From Leidyana gryllorum EB-2025a (Eukaryota; Protista; Apicomplexa): a DNA stretch of 64,000 bases. Of this stretch, positions 53,992 to 64,000 are shown one piece after another. The DNA is taken from assembly GCA_048772705.1 (NCBI GenBank), contig JBLWGC010000002.1, forward strand, positions 186,001 through 250,000, given 5' to 3'. The number at the start of each line of letters is the position of its first letter. Position 1 is the stretch's first letter. The position numbers were made by a program, and so were the translations under genes. The notes under the pieces are model-generated. The model saw only the letters and a list, made by a program, of their open reading frames with translations, was not told the DNA's origin and made no database searches.

Positions 53992-54689
53992 ACGTCTTGT
54001 GTGGGATCACAAGGATCAGTTGCACCATTATAACGCAACCCCTCTGCCCAAAAGTGCTTCTATTCCTGCTTCCAGTGGCCAATTATGGCACAAACACTGC
54101 GTTCCATGTCGCCTGTGAAATCCCAATGCCTAAACAGCGGCGGAAAGTGAGTACCGCTCTCAGCCCAGTATCCGCTGTGCAAACACTAATCCTTGTCGTG
54201 CTGCCATAAACTGGATTTAAAGAAAGTCAGATCGGTGCGGCGCCAGTCCAAGCCCGAGCCCAAGTCCAAGTGACCAGACGATGTCTCTAAAACCGACACT
54301 AGAAGAACTCGCTCAATTCACATAATACCTCAATCCTTCACACTCTGATATCGAATTCCCGGTAAGTCAAGACAGGACGTCCGGTGGGAGCCACAACTCG
54401 TCCGCCAACGTCTAATAAACGCGTGATGTGGTGATCACACGCGCCGAGCCGAACAATATGGTACGTCGCTCCCCTCGACGCTCAAAAGAAGAGTCGCAGG
54501 CCGACGTCGTACCCGCACAAGGATCGATCACAGAACTACGGCGGATCGGAACAAGAATCAATTAATTGCACCTTGGGGAATCTATCACCATCAATACAGT
54601 ACATACTGGGACATGCCGTTGCTTGTTACATGACTAATTCACGATAACACTCTGTGACAGAACTCACTAACAGATAGTCACCGTCAGTG

Positions 54690-56011
54690 GGGCGATCCAA
54701 CTGTTATGCTCCCCCCCCGCAACGAAGAATTGCGCGACACACACACGTGTGCTTCACTTGGATCTACGATGTCCACTTCAATCAAAATGTCGCTCACTCC
54801 CAGCCCACCGTGTCCTATTGCCCCTTCCAGACTATCGGATTTTCTCTACTTTCCTCAAACATATTCTACAACCTTCTCTACTTGGTCTCTTTCAAAATGA
54901 TCTTTCCGCATTCTATCTGGCGTCCCTCCTTTCGAAAAGATCGGAGGGAGACAGTGTCCCTCCGTCAATGGCTGACTTTGTAATCTCGGGCAGTTCTGGG
55001 GTTCCTCCACTTGTAGGTGAAGGGTCGGTCGACTAGGACTATTTGTTTGGGTATTGAAGTGGACTTGGGGGTGTAAGTTTCCTCGATTAGTGTTTGTTGG
55101 CGCGACGGAGGTGGTTCAAGGCGGAGGTAACTGGGGTACCTCTGTCGGTGGATTTGGAGGAGGGGGTATGCGACATTGCGTTATGTCAACTGTTTCTATA
55201 TCCAGCAGTTGTCGCCATGATGTTTGCGTCTGAATTAGGAACACGTAGAGGAGTTTTGTTTTGTTAACCCCACCAGCCCCGGTGGAGCTGGTCGGGTTGG
55301 ATCTAGATCCACCCCCGGTCCGGCAGGTGATCTGAGGAGGATCTGATTGCTACCATTTGGTAATTTGGTAATTTAAGGGGTTTTGGCGTGCTATCTATGT
55401 TCAGGGTTTTGTATAAAAAGGTTGGTGCAAAAGAGATTCTAACTATGTGTAAGTCCGTGTCTCCGGGGCCGGGCGGCCCGGAAACGGAGACACAGACAAC
55501 CGACGGTAGTGCCGATTGTAACCAGCGAATAACAAGGTAAACTGAGAAGGTGTAACAGCTTTGGTGTTTGGGTCGGTTGCTGACGTTGTCCGGCCCCATA
55601 ATGTCCTTCAAGGTATTCTAGGGTACGGTAAGTAGCCCTGGATACCGAAAATTTCCCTTTATTTGCCTCCTGTAACGCCGTGTGGAGGTATCCCTACACG
55701 GTACCTTGGCGAGGGTACCACAGCGAGAACAGCTGCGCCACCACCGCCTGGAAATCCCCGGTTGTGAGGGCCAGGTCCCTCGTCCTCCACAGGGGAAGGT
55801 GGTTCCGGAGGTAGGCCTTCTTGGCCTCCTCATCGGCAATGCCGACGGCGGTCATGTGTTCCTCTAGCTGCGTAAACCAGAGGTCGCAGTCTAGCGGGGT
55901 GGATTGCAGAGGCAGTTGTTGAGAATGGCAGGGTTTCAATAGGTAACAATCCAGCAGTTGTCGCCATTGGTGTTTGGGTCGGTTGCTGAGTATACTAAAA
56001 CGGTGTAGCAC
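54690..56011 (-). mobile_element. Probable decayed retroelement-like (gag-like) remnant
   Basis: Minus-strand DCDLWFTQLEEHMTAVGIADEEAKKAYLRNHLP resembles the N-terminal helical motif of LTR-retrotransposon Gag. In-frame stop at 55694; internal ~20-nt duplications; no long ORF. Confidence 0.4.
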
Positions 56012-56315
56012 AGCTTAGCAAACACAGGAAAAGCGAAACTTGACAAGAAGGGGGTGGGAATGTCGGGTCAGCGACCCTCTGAAAAATGAATGACGATGAT
56101 TTGTCAGCCCACTGCACCATCTAGTAAAAGGCGAGATGGTGATAAGCATTAGGTTGACAAAATCGGCGATTTTTGTGTTATATTTGGCGCTGAGGGAATG
56201 GACAGAACGGGAGTGTGTGAGTGTTTGATTGCGAATGCGAGTAAAATTAGAGACATTCCATCTAAGTAATCCTCTGTTTCCACTATCCAATTAGTTTTAC
56301 CGTGAATTAAGCATC

Positions 56316-57385
56316 ATGAGCGTTCCTGTGGTTGAATTGAACAATGGTGTGTTTCTCCCTGTTATGAGTTTGGGAACGTATCGCATGTTCAACGGTGACG
56401 GTACCGTTGAGCCGGCAATCAAGAGCGCTATCGAACTTGGATATCACGCGACAGACACCGCTCAATACTACAACAACGAACAAGACATTGCTGCTGCTGT
56501 AAACGCTCATGGAACCACTCGTGAAGTAGAGATGCCGGTGGTAAAGGATCACCTCGACCACGTGCGGTGGATCAGCGAGAAGGAGTGGGCTGACAATCGC
56601 GCTGTGCCTCACGGATTCCAGCCGAAGAGCAAAATCTTCGTAACTACTAAAGTTTGGGCATCGAACTTTACCACCGAGGGAGTCAAAGCCTGGGTTGATG
56701 AGCACACGGCTCTGTACGGTGGTGAAGGCGACCTGGTGATCCTTCACTGGCCGGGTTTCCCGATCTCTCCGGACGTGCCGGAGGTAAGAATGCAGATTTA
56801 CGGCACTGTTTGACTTTGTGTTGATAGGAAGGTGGATTGGGTGTTAAGGACAACTGTTTCGAAACACGCCTCACAGCCTGGAAGGCACTGGAAGAGGCTT
56901 ATCACGCCAAGAAAGTCCGGGCCATTGGTGTGTCGAACTTTATGTACAAACATCTCAAGCCGCTGTTGGAAGATATTGAAGCTCGCAAGGCTTCCGGCTG
57001 CCCCAAGGCCACATTCCCGGTGTGCAACCAGTGCGAGTTCTCGCCCCTGTTGGGCTGGGAGCCGGAACTGGTCAGTCTGATGAAGGAATATAAAATCATT
57101 GGGACAGCCTACAGTCCACTGTGCCTCAACAAACCGGATTTGATGGAGAACGAAATGATGCTTGAGCTTTCGAAGAAGTATCAAAAGCCCATTTCTGTGC
57201 TCGCTCTCCGTTTCTGCTTGCAGAGTGGTTTGTGCGCGCTCCCAAAGAGCGCATCTGCGACTAATCAAAAGAAGAATCTTGAAGCACTCTGTGTCGCCAT
57301 TGACGATGAAGATATGAACCGTATCCGCGAATTGCAAAAGAAGTCTAACATAAGATACTGTCCCGACCCTTTCGCCATTAATTGA
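56316..57385 (+). CDS. Aldo-keto reductase (2 exons)
   Basis: LNNGVFLPVMSLGTY, GYHATDTAQYYNNE, IFVTTKVW, DLVILHWP, AIGVSNF, NQCE, AYSPL, LPKS; intron 56784-56827. Confidence 0.95.
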
Positions 57386-57413
57386 AGTTATAATCGAAAG
57401 AATTTCCCGTTAA

Positions 57414-59660
57414 TTAGCTCCGATGCCATATTCGTTGGTACCAAGGTACCGCTCCAACGGCTGGTGTATTCGGCACGGCTTGTGGAGCTGATTGACACGC
57501 ATTTGGTGCAAATTGACGCGACCTCTGTTGCTGTTGCTGTTGTTGCAGTCGGAACAGATTTTGTGAAGCAGTGACCATCTGAACATATTGTTGCTTTCTA
57601 ATACCCTCATTGTGTGACAGCCACGCCGCAGCCGCCCCGCCCGGCGCCTCCACCAACTTTTGTTGGTGCTGTCGCAATAATATATCGCTCGGCTTTTCGC
57701 CTCCCAACTGGCCGCCTCCCCCCAGCGCAGACGGCACCGCCAGATAGTACTGAGCGCTTTGTGGTGTCTGCTTTCCGGGCGCTGGGATCAACTTTTGTGC
57801 TGCCCACTGTTGGGATCCATAGGGAGACAAATGCGAATGAAGCATTGACAGTGGGGGACCTATTGTCGGAGGGGGGGCGGGCACAAAGGACACTCCAGGA
57901 GGAGGCGGGGGCGCAAACGACACTCCGCTGCCGGTGTTGGGCTTCCCACTGTCCACCGGACTCGTGCCCGGTGGCTGACCACTCCGCATTTGACTCATCC
58001 TGCTGTAACTCCCTCCCCCGTGTTTGTCGTGTGTGGGCCGCAATCCAATCAAATGTCGCGGCTGCGACGCTGTTCTCGTCTTCTGCGGGACGACACCTCT
58101 CCCGTTGACCTCTAACGGATGACGGACCCTCGCCGGGAGCGTCGCCAGAGAGGCCGGGGAGTTGGTGGCGTCTGTTACCGTCCAGGACGCTCGAGCTTCG
58201 AGTACGCCACCAGGAGTGCGCGCCCGACTGACCACCGGGCGGCTTTGGGAGCGGCGGCTGATCTGTACCCATCCCGGTGCCGCGGCAGTCTGGGACACAG
58301 TCGCTGAAGGACGCGGCACCTGAATGGTACGGGATGGGCGCTGATGCATTTCTTTGAGGGTGGCCGCTACAGTGTTTGGCATAATGGTTTGTCGCCGGGT
58401 GTCGTGTAACGTGGGTGGATTGGAAGGCGAGCGCGGGAGGGGGTTCACATTGGGAGTGGTTCTGGGCTGATAGGACGGGCGGACAGTATTCCGGGTGACG
58501 TTAGGCCGTGGATTCAACTTGGAGGGTGAGGGAGGCTTCTCCACCGTCAGAAGGGTAGATCGCGGATTGAGCCGCTGAGGGGACGCCGGTTTCTTCTTCT
58601 CTGTTGTCAGAAACGAAGTTCGTAGTGGATAAGTGGAGGTGGTGGCGGTTGGTGGGCGAGTGTGTGTGCTAAGAGTGGGAAGCATTGTTCTGCGGTAGAG
58701 ATTTCGTGTGTTGGCGGTCGGGGAGGGGCGTCGAGTTCTATCGGGTTCTGGTGCTAAAGTTCGCTCGGCTATTATCGCGGAAGGGCGGAGTGTCTCATTG
58801 ATATAGCGACTCCGAATCGAAGGAGTATTGGACTGTTTCCGGAAACTGGGGACTCTGCTGGTGGACGCCCGGGAGGCCGAGGATCTCTGTTGGGGTTCAC
58901 TGCGCCGGCTGATATTGGATAGTGACGGGAGTCGCGAGAAGGATCGGGTGGCAGCAGGCGGCTGATCTTTGCGTTTGAGCAGACTTGAGGCTGTGGGTCG
59001 GGCGAAGGAGGGAGCACTTGTGACTGCTGTTTGTCCCCGGCCGTTTCTGGCTGTGGGTGAGGGGCTTTGTGCGGCAGATTTTTGCTTTAAGCTCTCAAGA
59101 CGGTCGTGTAATTCGACAGATTCAGTGCGAAGGGGCAGAACTTTGATGGGTTTTGAGGGCTGTTGTTGCTGTTTGGTCTGATCGTCGGCGGCATTCGCTT
59201 GTGGGGGTTTTGGGGCCGGCGGCTCTTCGGCGGCCTCCAGGAGCTTCTCCATGGCGGCTTTGCGTTCCTGTTCCTGATAGGCGTGATAGTGCGGCCGCGG
59301 TGTGGTGACACACCGCCTTCTACGACGAGTTGTGTCTTTTAAGAGTTGCTGCAGTTTGTTGAGTTCCTCCAGGATGGCTTCAGTTCGTTCATCGATATCA
59401 TTGTTGGAGGAAGAAGATGACTGGGTGCGTTGGCGAGGCGGGGCTGCTGCCACTTTGGGGGGCACACGGAGCGCGGGTTTGACTGCTTGGGGCTGTTGGG
59501 GAGGCGCGGGGATAATGTCCTCAAGACTCTCAACAGGGCTGGGCTTGAGATAGTTGTGAACTGAGTTGCGATCTTCGTCGAAACAAACAGATTTGACTGA
59601 ACCAACAGTCAGCCGGCTTGGCGATGCTGTGTGCTGCCCTCCACCTCTTTCAAAATTCAT
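57414..59660 (-). CDS. Hypothetical Pro/Ser/Thr/Arg-rich disordered protein (748 aa)
   Basis: Long ATG ORF, short coiled coil near the N-terminus, PSFARPTASS motif, KSVCF (RVxF-like). Confidence 0.75.
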   Translation of the reverse strand: MNFERGGGQHTASPSRLTVGSVKSVCFDEDRNSVHNYLKPSPVESLEDIIPAPPQQPQAVKPALRVPPKVAAAPPRQRTQSSSSSNNDIDERTEAILEELNKLQQLLKDTTRRRRRCVTTPRPHYHAYQEQERKAAMEKLLEAAEEPPAPKPPQANAADDQTKQQQQPSKPIKVLPLRTESVELHDRLESLKQKSAAQSPSPTARNGRGQTAVTSAPSFARPTASSLLKRKDQPPAATRSFSRLPSLSNISRRSEPQQRSSASRASTSRVPSFRKQSNTPSIRSRYINETLRPSAIIAERTLAPEPDRTRRPSPTANTRNLYRRTMLPTLSTHTRPPTATTSTYPLRTSFLTTEKKKPASPQRLNPRSTLLTVEKPPSPSKLNPRPNVTRNTVRPSYQPRTTPNVNPLPRSPSNPPTLHDTRRQTIMPNTVAATLKEMHQRPSRTIQVPRPSATVSQTAAAPGWVQISRRSQSRPVVSRARTPGGVLEARASWTVTDATNSPASLATLPARVRHPLEVNGRGVVPQKTRTASQPRHLIGLRPTHDKHGGGSYSRMSQMRSGQPPGTSPVDSGKPNTGSGVSFAPPPPPGVSFVPAPPPTIGPPLSMLHSHLSPYGSQQWAAQKLIPAPGKQTPQSAQYYLAVPSALGGGGQLGGEKPSDILLRQHQQKLVEAPGGAAAAWLSHNEGIRKQQYVQMVTASQNLFRLQQQQQQQRSRQFAPNACQSAPQAVPNTPAVGAVPWYQRIWHRS

Positions 59661-59700
59661 TGGTCCGTCTCACATGCACACATGCACTGAGTAGGCACTG

Positions 59701-61689
59701 ATGGGAATCAAAGGCTTACTGCCGGCACTGGCGGGCATAAAGGTGGGCCTTTGTCTATGAGGGGAGTCCATACCAATTCTTCCTGCAGAAAGAGCGAAAT
59801 GTACGACATTATGCCGGAGGCAAAGCCGCCATAGATGGCTTCGCCTGGCTGCATAGAGCGGCCTTCACCTCAGTACAGGAGGTCGTCTTCGGCGGCAACA
59901 CCACCAGACCCGTCGACTTTTGCATCAAACGAGCCGACATGCTCCGAGCCTGTAATGTTGAACCCGTATTTGTGTTCGATGGCGCAAGCCTACCCAGTAA
60001 AGCCGCCACAAATGCCGCCAGACGCCAAGCACGAGCTGAGGCCCGCAATCACGCACAACGACTAATGGATGAGGGCAGAAAGTCAGAAGCTCGCAAAGTA
60101 TTGGGCCAGGCTATCTCTATCAAGCAGGAACTCGTTACCGCTCTTATCAAAGCATCCAGAGCCAATGACATTGAATGTATTGTCGCGCCATACGAAGCTG
60201 ACGCTCAACTTGGCTATCTCTCACATATAGACTACGTACAAATCGTTATCAGTGAAGATTCTGATCTCCTCCTATACGGCTGTAAAGAGGTCCTCTTCAA
60301 ACTCGACGATGCCGGCAACGGTATCGCCATATCTGCCGCTGATCTCCCTCAAGCGGGTATATTCCCACCCGATCGCTTCACGCGAGACGCTCTCATCGTA
60401 CTCTGCTGCTTGGCCGGATGCGATTACGTTGACGGCGCCAAAGGGGTCGGCATCAAGAAAGGGGCCAAGTTTGTCAGTAAAGTCTTCGGAGGCCTCAAAG
60501 AATCAGATTGGGATCACACCCTCGACGACAAGGAGAATACTGACCCCAATCTGAATGCTGACCCTCCGAGCCCCGTACGCAAGGAACCCACCACCCCCTC
60601 ACATAGACTCAAACTTCTCACAACGGAGCTCAAAGCCACCGGCTTCGAAGTCCCCGAGACATACCATGAAGATCTAAAGCGTGCACTATATACTTTCAAA
60701 TATCAAACTGTCTTTGACCCTCGATCAGTAAGTCCGTCGTCTATTCAACGAACACACACGTGTGTGGTGCGACATGTCAATCCTTTGTGAAACTGTGATA
60801 TGATATTGGTTGAGTAAATTGTCTCAACTCGCTGCAGCAACGATTGACACGGCGATTTCCTTTGCCCGACAATGTGTCGGAGCAATTGGCGGATTTCATT
60901 GGCCCCATGATTGACTGCGAGGAAGCAATCAAGTTGTGTAGGGGCGACATCAATCCTCATACTCGAGAACCCACCGGGCTCGAGGATGTCCCGATAGTTA
61001 GTAACGAAGCGAAGCGAGCGCCGAAGCCGCGCACTTGGCTCGACCAGCTGGGAGCTTCCAAGAAAGCTCAAGCAGCAACAAGCAACAGCAGCAGCAAGTA
61101 CTCAAATGCGGCCTCTAAGTTCACGAAAGGCCACCGCCGGACTCCGGCCACTCAACAGACCGGATCTCCGCCCCAATCTTCCGACATCGTCGCCGTTGGG
61201 CCTCGCAGCCGAAAGCGTGCGAGGACAACGAGGTCTCCTATCCGACTGACACAGGGGTCTGGGGCCCACTCGGCTCCGTCACCACGCGATTTGGAGTCAG
61301 AGCCCGCCGCCTCGAAGCCACGGGCGCGGGTTACAGGGATTGTGACTATGAAGGATCTACAGCCTCAGTCATCCAGCACTGCAACGAGTGGGACAGCTAC
61401 GACGTTACCCAGTATCAGCGACAGACTGTCGAATCTACACAGTTTTGCTGAAGCGACGATGTCTCAGAGGTCTCAAAGGCCGGCAAGTCAGAGGCCAGCG
61501 TGTCCGGGACGGAAGCGCAAGCGATCGCCGAGCAATAGTCCGGCGGTTGACGATTGCACACCAAAGAGTGGTGCTTCGTTGGAGGAGATTGGGAGCACTC
61601 TATCGTCGCTTCCCACCACTGTAGAGCCGAAAACACTGGGCAATATGTTCTCTGCGAAATTGGACAGCTTTCGGTCATCGATTTGCTAA
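59701..61689 (+). CDS. EXO1: Exonuclease 1 (XPG/RAD2 family; 3 exons)
   Basis: MGIKGLLP, AIDGFAWLHRA, VFVFDGASLPSK, VAPYEADAQL, ISEDSDLL, LAGCDY, TFKYQTVFDP; introns 59743-59788 and 60728-60837. Confidence 0.95.
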
Positions 61690-61775
61690 GGTGCGGCACG
61701 ACACGTTATTGGAGATTGGTTCTTTGTAGTAGTGGGTGGGTCAGGCTTTAGCAGGTTTATGTGTCATCAAAAAGC

Positions 61776-62219
61776 TCAGAAGAAGAAACCAATGATTTTG
61801 CCACCAGTGTGCTTCCTCTTAGCCTCTTCGTGGTCCATAATGCCGTAAGTGGTAGTGAGGACAACGTGGCCGAATTGACGAGACGGCAAAAGGTTAGAGG
61901 TGACTTGCTCAAGGTCCTTGATGGGCACATCGTAGCGGGGAGAGATGACGGCACACTTGTTGATGCGACCCAAAAGGTTCACAACAATCTTTCCGGCTCT
62001 CTTGTCATCGATGATCTCGAATTCGCCAATGTAACCTGTTCAGGGGAAAGTGTATCATCGAGCGCACACAAACCAATGTTCCTTACCCTTCTTCTGCATG
62101 ACAGTCAGGAAGTGGATGATGACCTTCGAAGAAGGACGGATCATCACCTGTCTCTTGGCGGCCTTCTCGGCGTTAACGATTGCCTTCAAGGCATCAGCCA
62201 ACACATTCATACGCACCAT
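61776..62219 (-). CDS. RPS15A: 40S ribosomal protein S15a (uS8)
   Basis: [29 protein letters not shown]|[35 protein letters not shown]; intron 62086-62036. Confidence 0.98.
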
Positions 62220-62407
62220 GGTGTTTACTGCAATCCAATTATCAACCGATCCCACCAATACTCCTTACCTTCTGGCTCGGCCTGCCACCCGCGAAACGCA
62301 AAATAAATGCACAGAACACCCTAAAAAAAATCACATTGTTTTCACACTGTTTCGTCTCACTCCGCATGCCTCGTTCCTGCTGCATGTTCAACTGGCACTG
62401 AGTGCTA

Positions 62408-63752
62408 ATGCTGCCCTGCACTCGTCTTGTGTCCCTCATCTTTCTCCTAATCCATGTACACCGAATAAGAGCAGCCAAACCTCTCACACCTGCTGAAGTC
62501 ACCAAGTCATTTCCTGACCGCCCAGATATTCGTGCCCATGCCACTCCTGCCATCCCGCCCTTAAATGGGGCGCCTCCCATATTCAACTCGCCCGCCAAAA
62601 TCGTGAGTCCTCAAACCACACCTCAAGAAATCCCATCCAGATGGAAGGCCTCACCACTATATATGCAATCCTCAATAATTGGGTCGCCAAATGGATACCC
62701 CCTCAACCTGTTCTCCCACACTACAAACACGTCTGGTCCCAGAACGCAGCCATAGGTTCAAAAGCCTCCTCCGTCCGCGACGAACTCAAAAAGAAAGCTG
62801 GACTTTGGGGGTCGGTCATCACACAGATCACAGACTTAGGCTGCCGAGACAACATTGCTGCCAAACCGGAACTATTCGGCACAAAAGGAGGTGACAAACA
62901 GCAGTCACCCCCCGGCTATCCCACATGTGCCATCAAGTGAGTCGTATCAGCATCACCACCAGCACCACTACTAAACCCACAGCTTCTATAAAACCCTAAA
63001 CGACGAGGGCAGAGAGCAGCTCGGCCGCGCACTTCGAGACTTAGCCACTCGCGCAGACACCCACAAAATCTTCAACAATCACCTCTGTCCCTTGTACGCC
63101 TACAAATTCGAATTGCCAAAAGAATTCTGCCCGCTGGTCGCTGATCTCCTCAAGGCTCTGCCCGCTGCCGTAGATGTAGCCGACTCCGCACAGTTCGCAG
63201 AGACCGCTGCTTGGGGTGACGAAAAGGGCGCCATGTGGCTCGCCCTCAACAGCAGAGTGGCACGCATTTCAGACACAGAAAGCTGGGCGAAAGCTCATGA
63301 ACCTCAATTGCCAGAGGCAGTCAAACAGAAACTGCTCGCACAGGGATATTCAGAGGCAGACATATCTGGAGGGGGCCGAAAAACCGCCCGCGAGATCTAC
63401 CAGCGCCTTGGTTATCAGGTAAGGCTTCACACAAAGCTCTCAGCAATTTGTTCGGCAGCCCACCGGTAGCTGGACAGACTTTATGGCGAAGCGTCGGGAA
63501 GAATTAAAAGCGAAACCAGTCAAGGAACGGGCGGCTGGCCTGACAGAGCTATTGGACCTGGCCAGATATAGAGATCAAGCTTTAACAACTCTCCGGTTCG
63601 TGAACGGGGTCAAAAATGTCGTTGCTCGCAGCTTATACGAGCATTGGGATAATCATCAGTCTCACCGATGGCGTTACGCAACGCCACTCCTTCTGCATAT
63701 CCTTCTCGAAGGCGATAGTATCCTTAGAGTGAACAGTGATGCGGGTAATTGA
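62408..63752 (+). CDS. Secreted hypothetical protein (4 or more exons; 3' end uncertain)
   Basis: Signal-like MLPCTRLVSLIFLLIHVHRIRA; introns 62603-62640, 62937-62982 and 63419-63458 join four ORF-track fragments in frame. Confidence 0.7.
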
Positions 63753-64000
63753 TTCCATCAGAATCCAAGATTACGAGGGAAGAATTCGTGTACCGATTCG
63801 CCTGCACAAAGAAGAGAAAGGCAATATAACCAAGCAACCCAAGTTTTCTCACATCTTCCTAGGTTGCAGTAACCAGAGCAACACGTATAACGATAATTGC
63901 ACCGTCCACCATCACCTGTACACTGAACGTGCCCCACTTGACCCAAATAGGTGCTCTTCCCCCGCCAGTCTTGCCAGTGGTATGAACGCAAGGTAGGATT

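Overview
Gene-dense eukaryotic (protist) DNA with short GT-AG introns (mostly 36-58 nt; donors gtgagt/gtaagt/gtacgt) and very small intergenic gaps. Gene content and architecture suggest an alveolate, plausibly a gregarine-type apicomplexan (inference, no search run). (1) Positions 1-14630 are a tandem array of ~2.78-kb units (5 full and 1 partial). Each carries a 6-7-exon gene for a protein with a signal peptide, acidic 'EEQLDGF' repeats and a C-terminal TM helix. The units alternate as A/B types that differ by an intron decayed into coding sequence, and each spacer holds a decayed fragment of another gene. (2) Positions 15500-25346 hold five co-oriented, mutually very divergent Hsp70-family genes. 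All have open reading frames, all lack the Hsc70 D199 and T204 equivalents and the EEVD end, and they show graded loss of catalytic residues and of C-terminal domains. This is the best candidate for an undescribed system. (3) The rest is housekeeping genes (SRP19, queuine tRNA-ribosyltransferase, STI1/HOP, MFS transporter, eIF2D, DMC1, RPN13, prefoldin beta subunit, Xaa-Pro aminopeptidase, Zn/NADP alcohol dehydrogenase, ankyrin protein, aldo-keto reductase, EXO1, RPS15A), several orphan or secreted proteins, and a probable decayed gag-like remnant at ~54.7-56.0 kb. All exon structures were worked out by hand from splice consensus and frame restoration.
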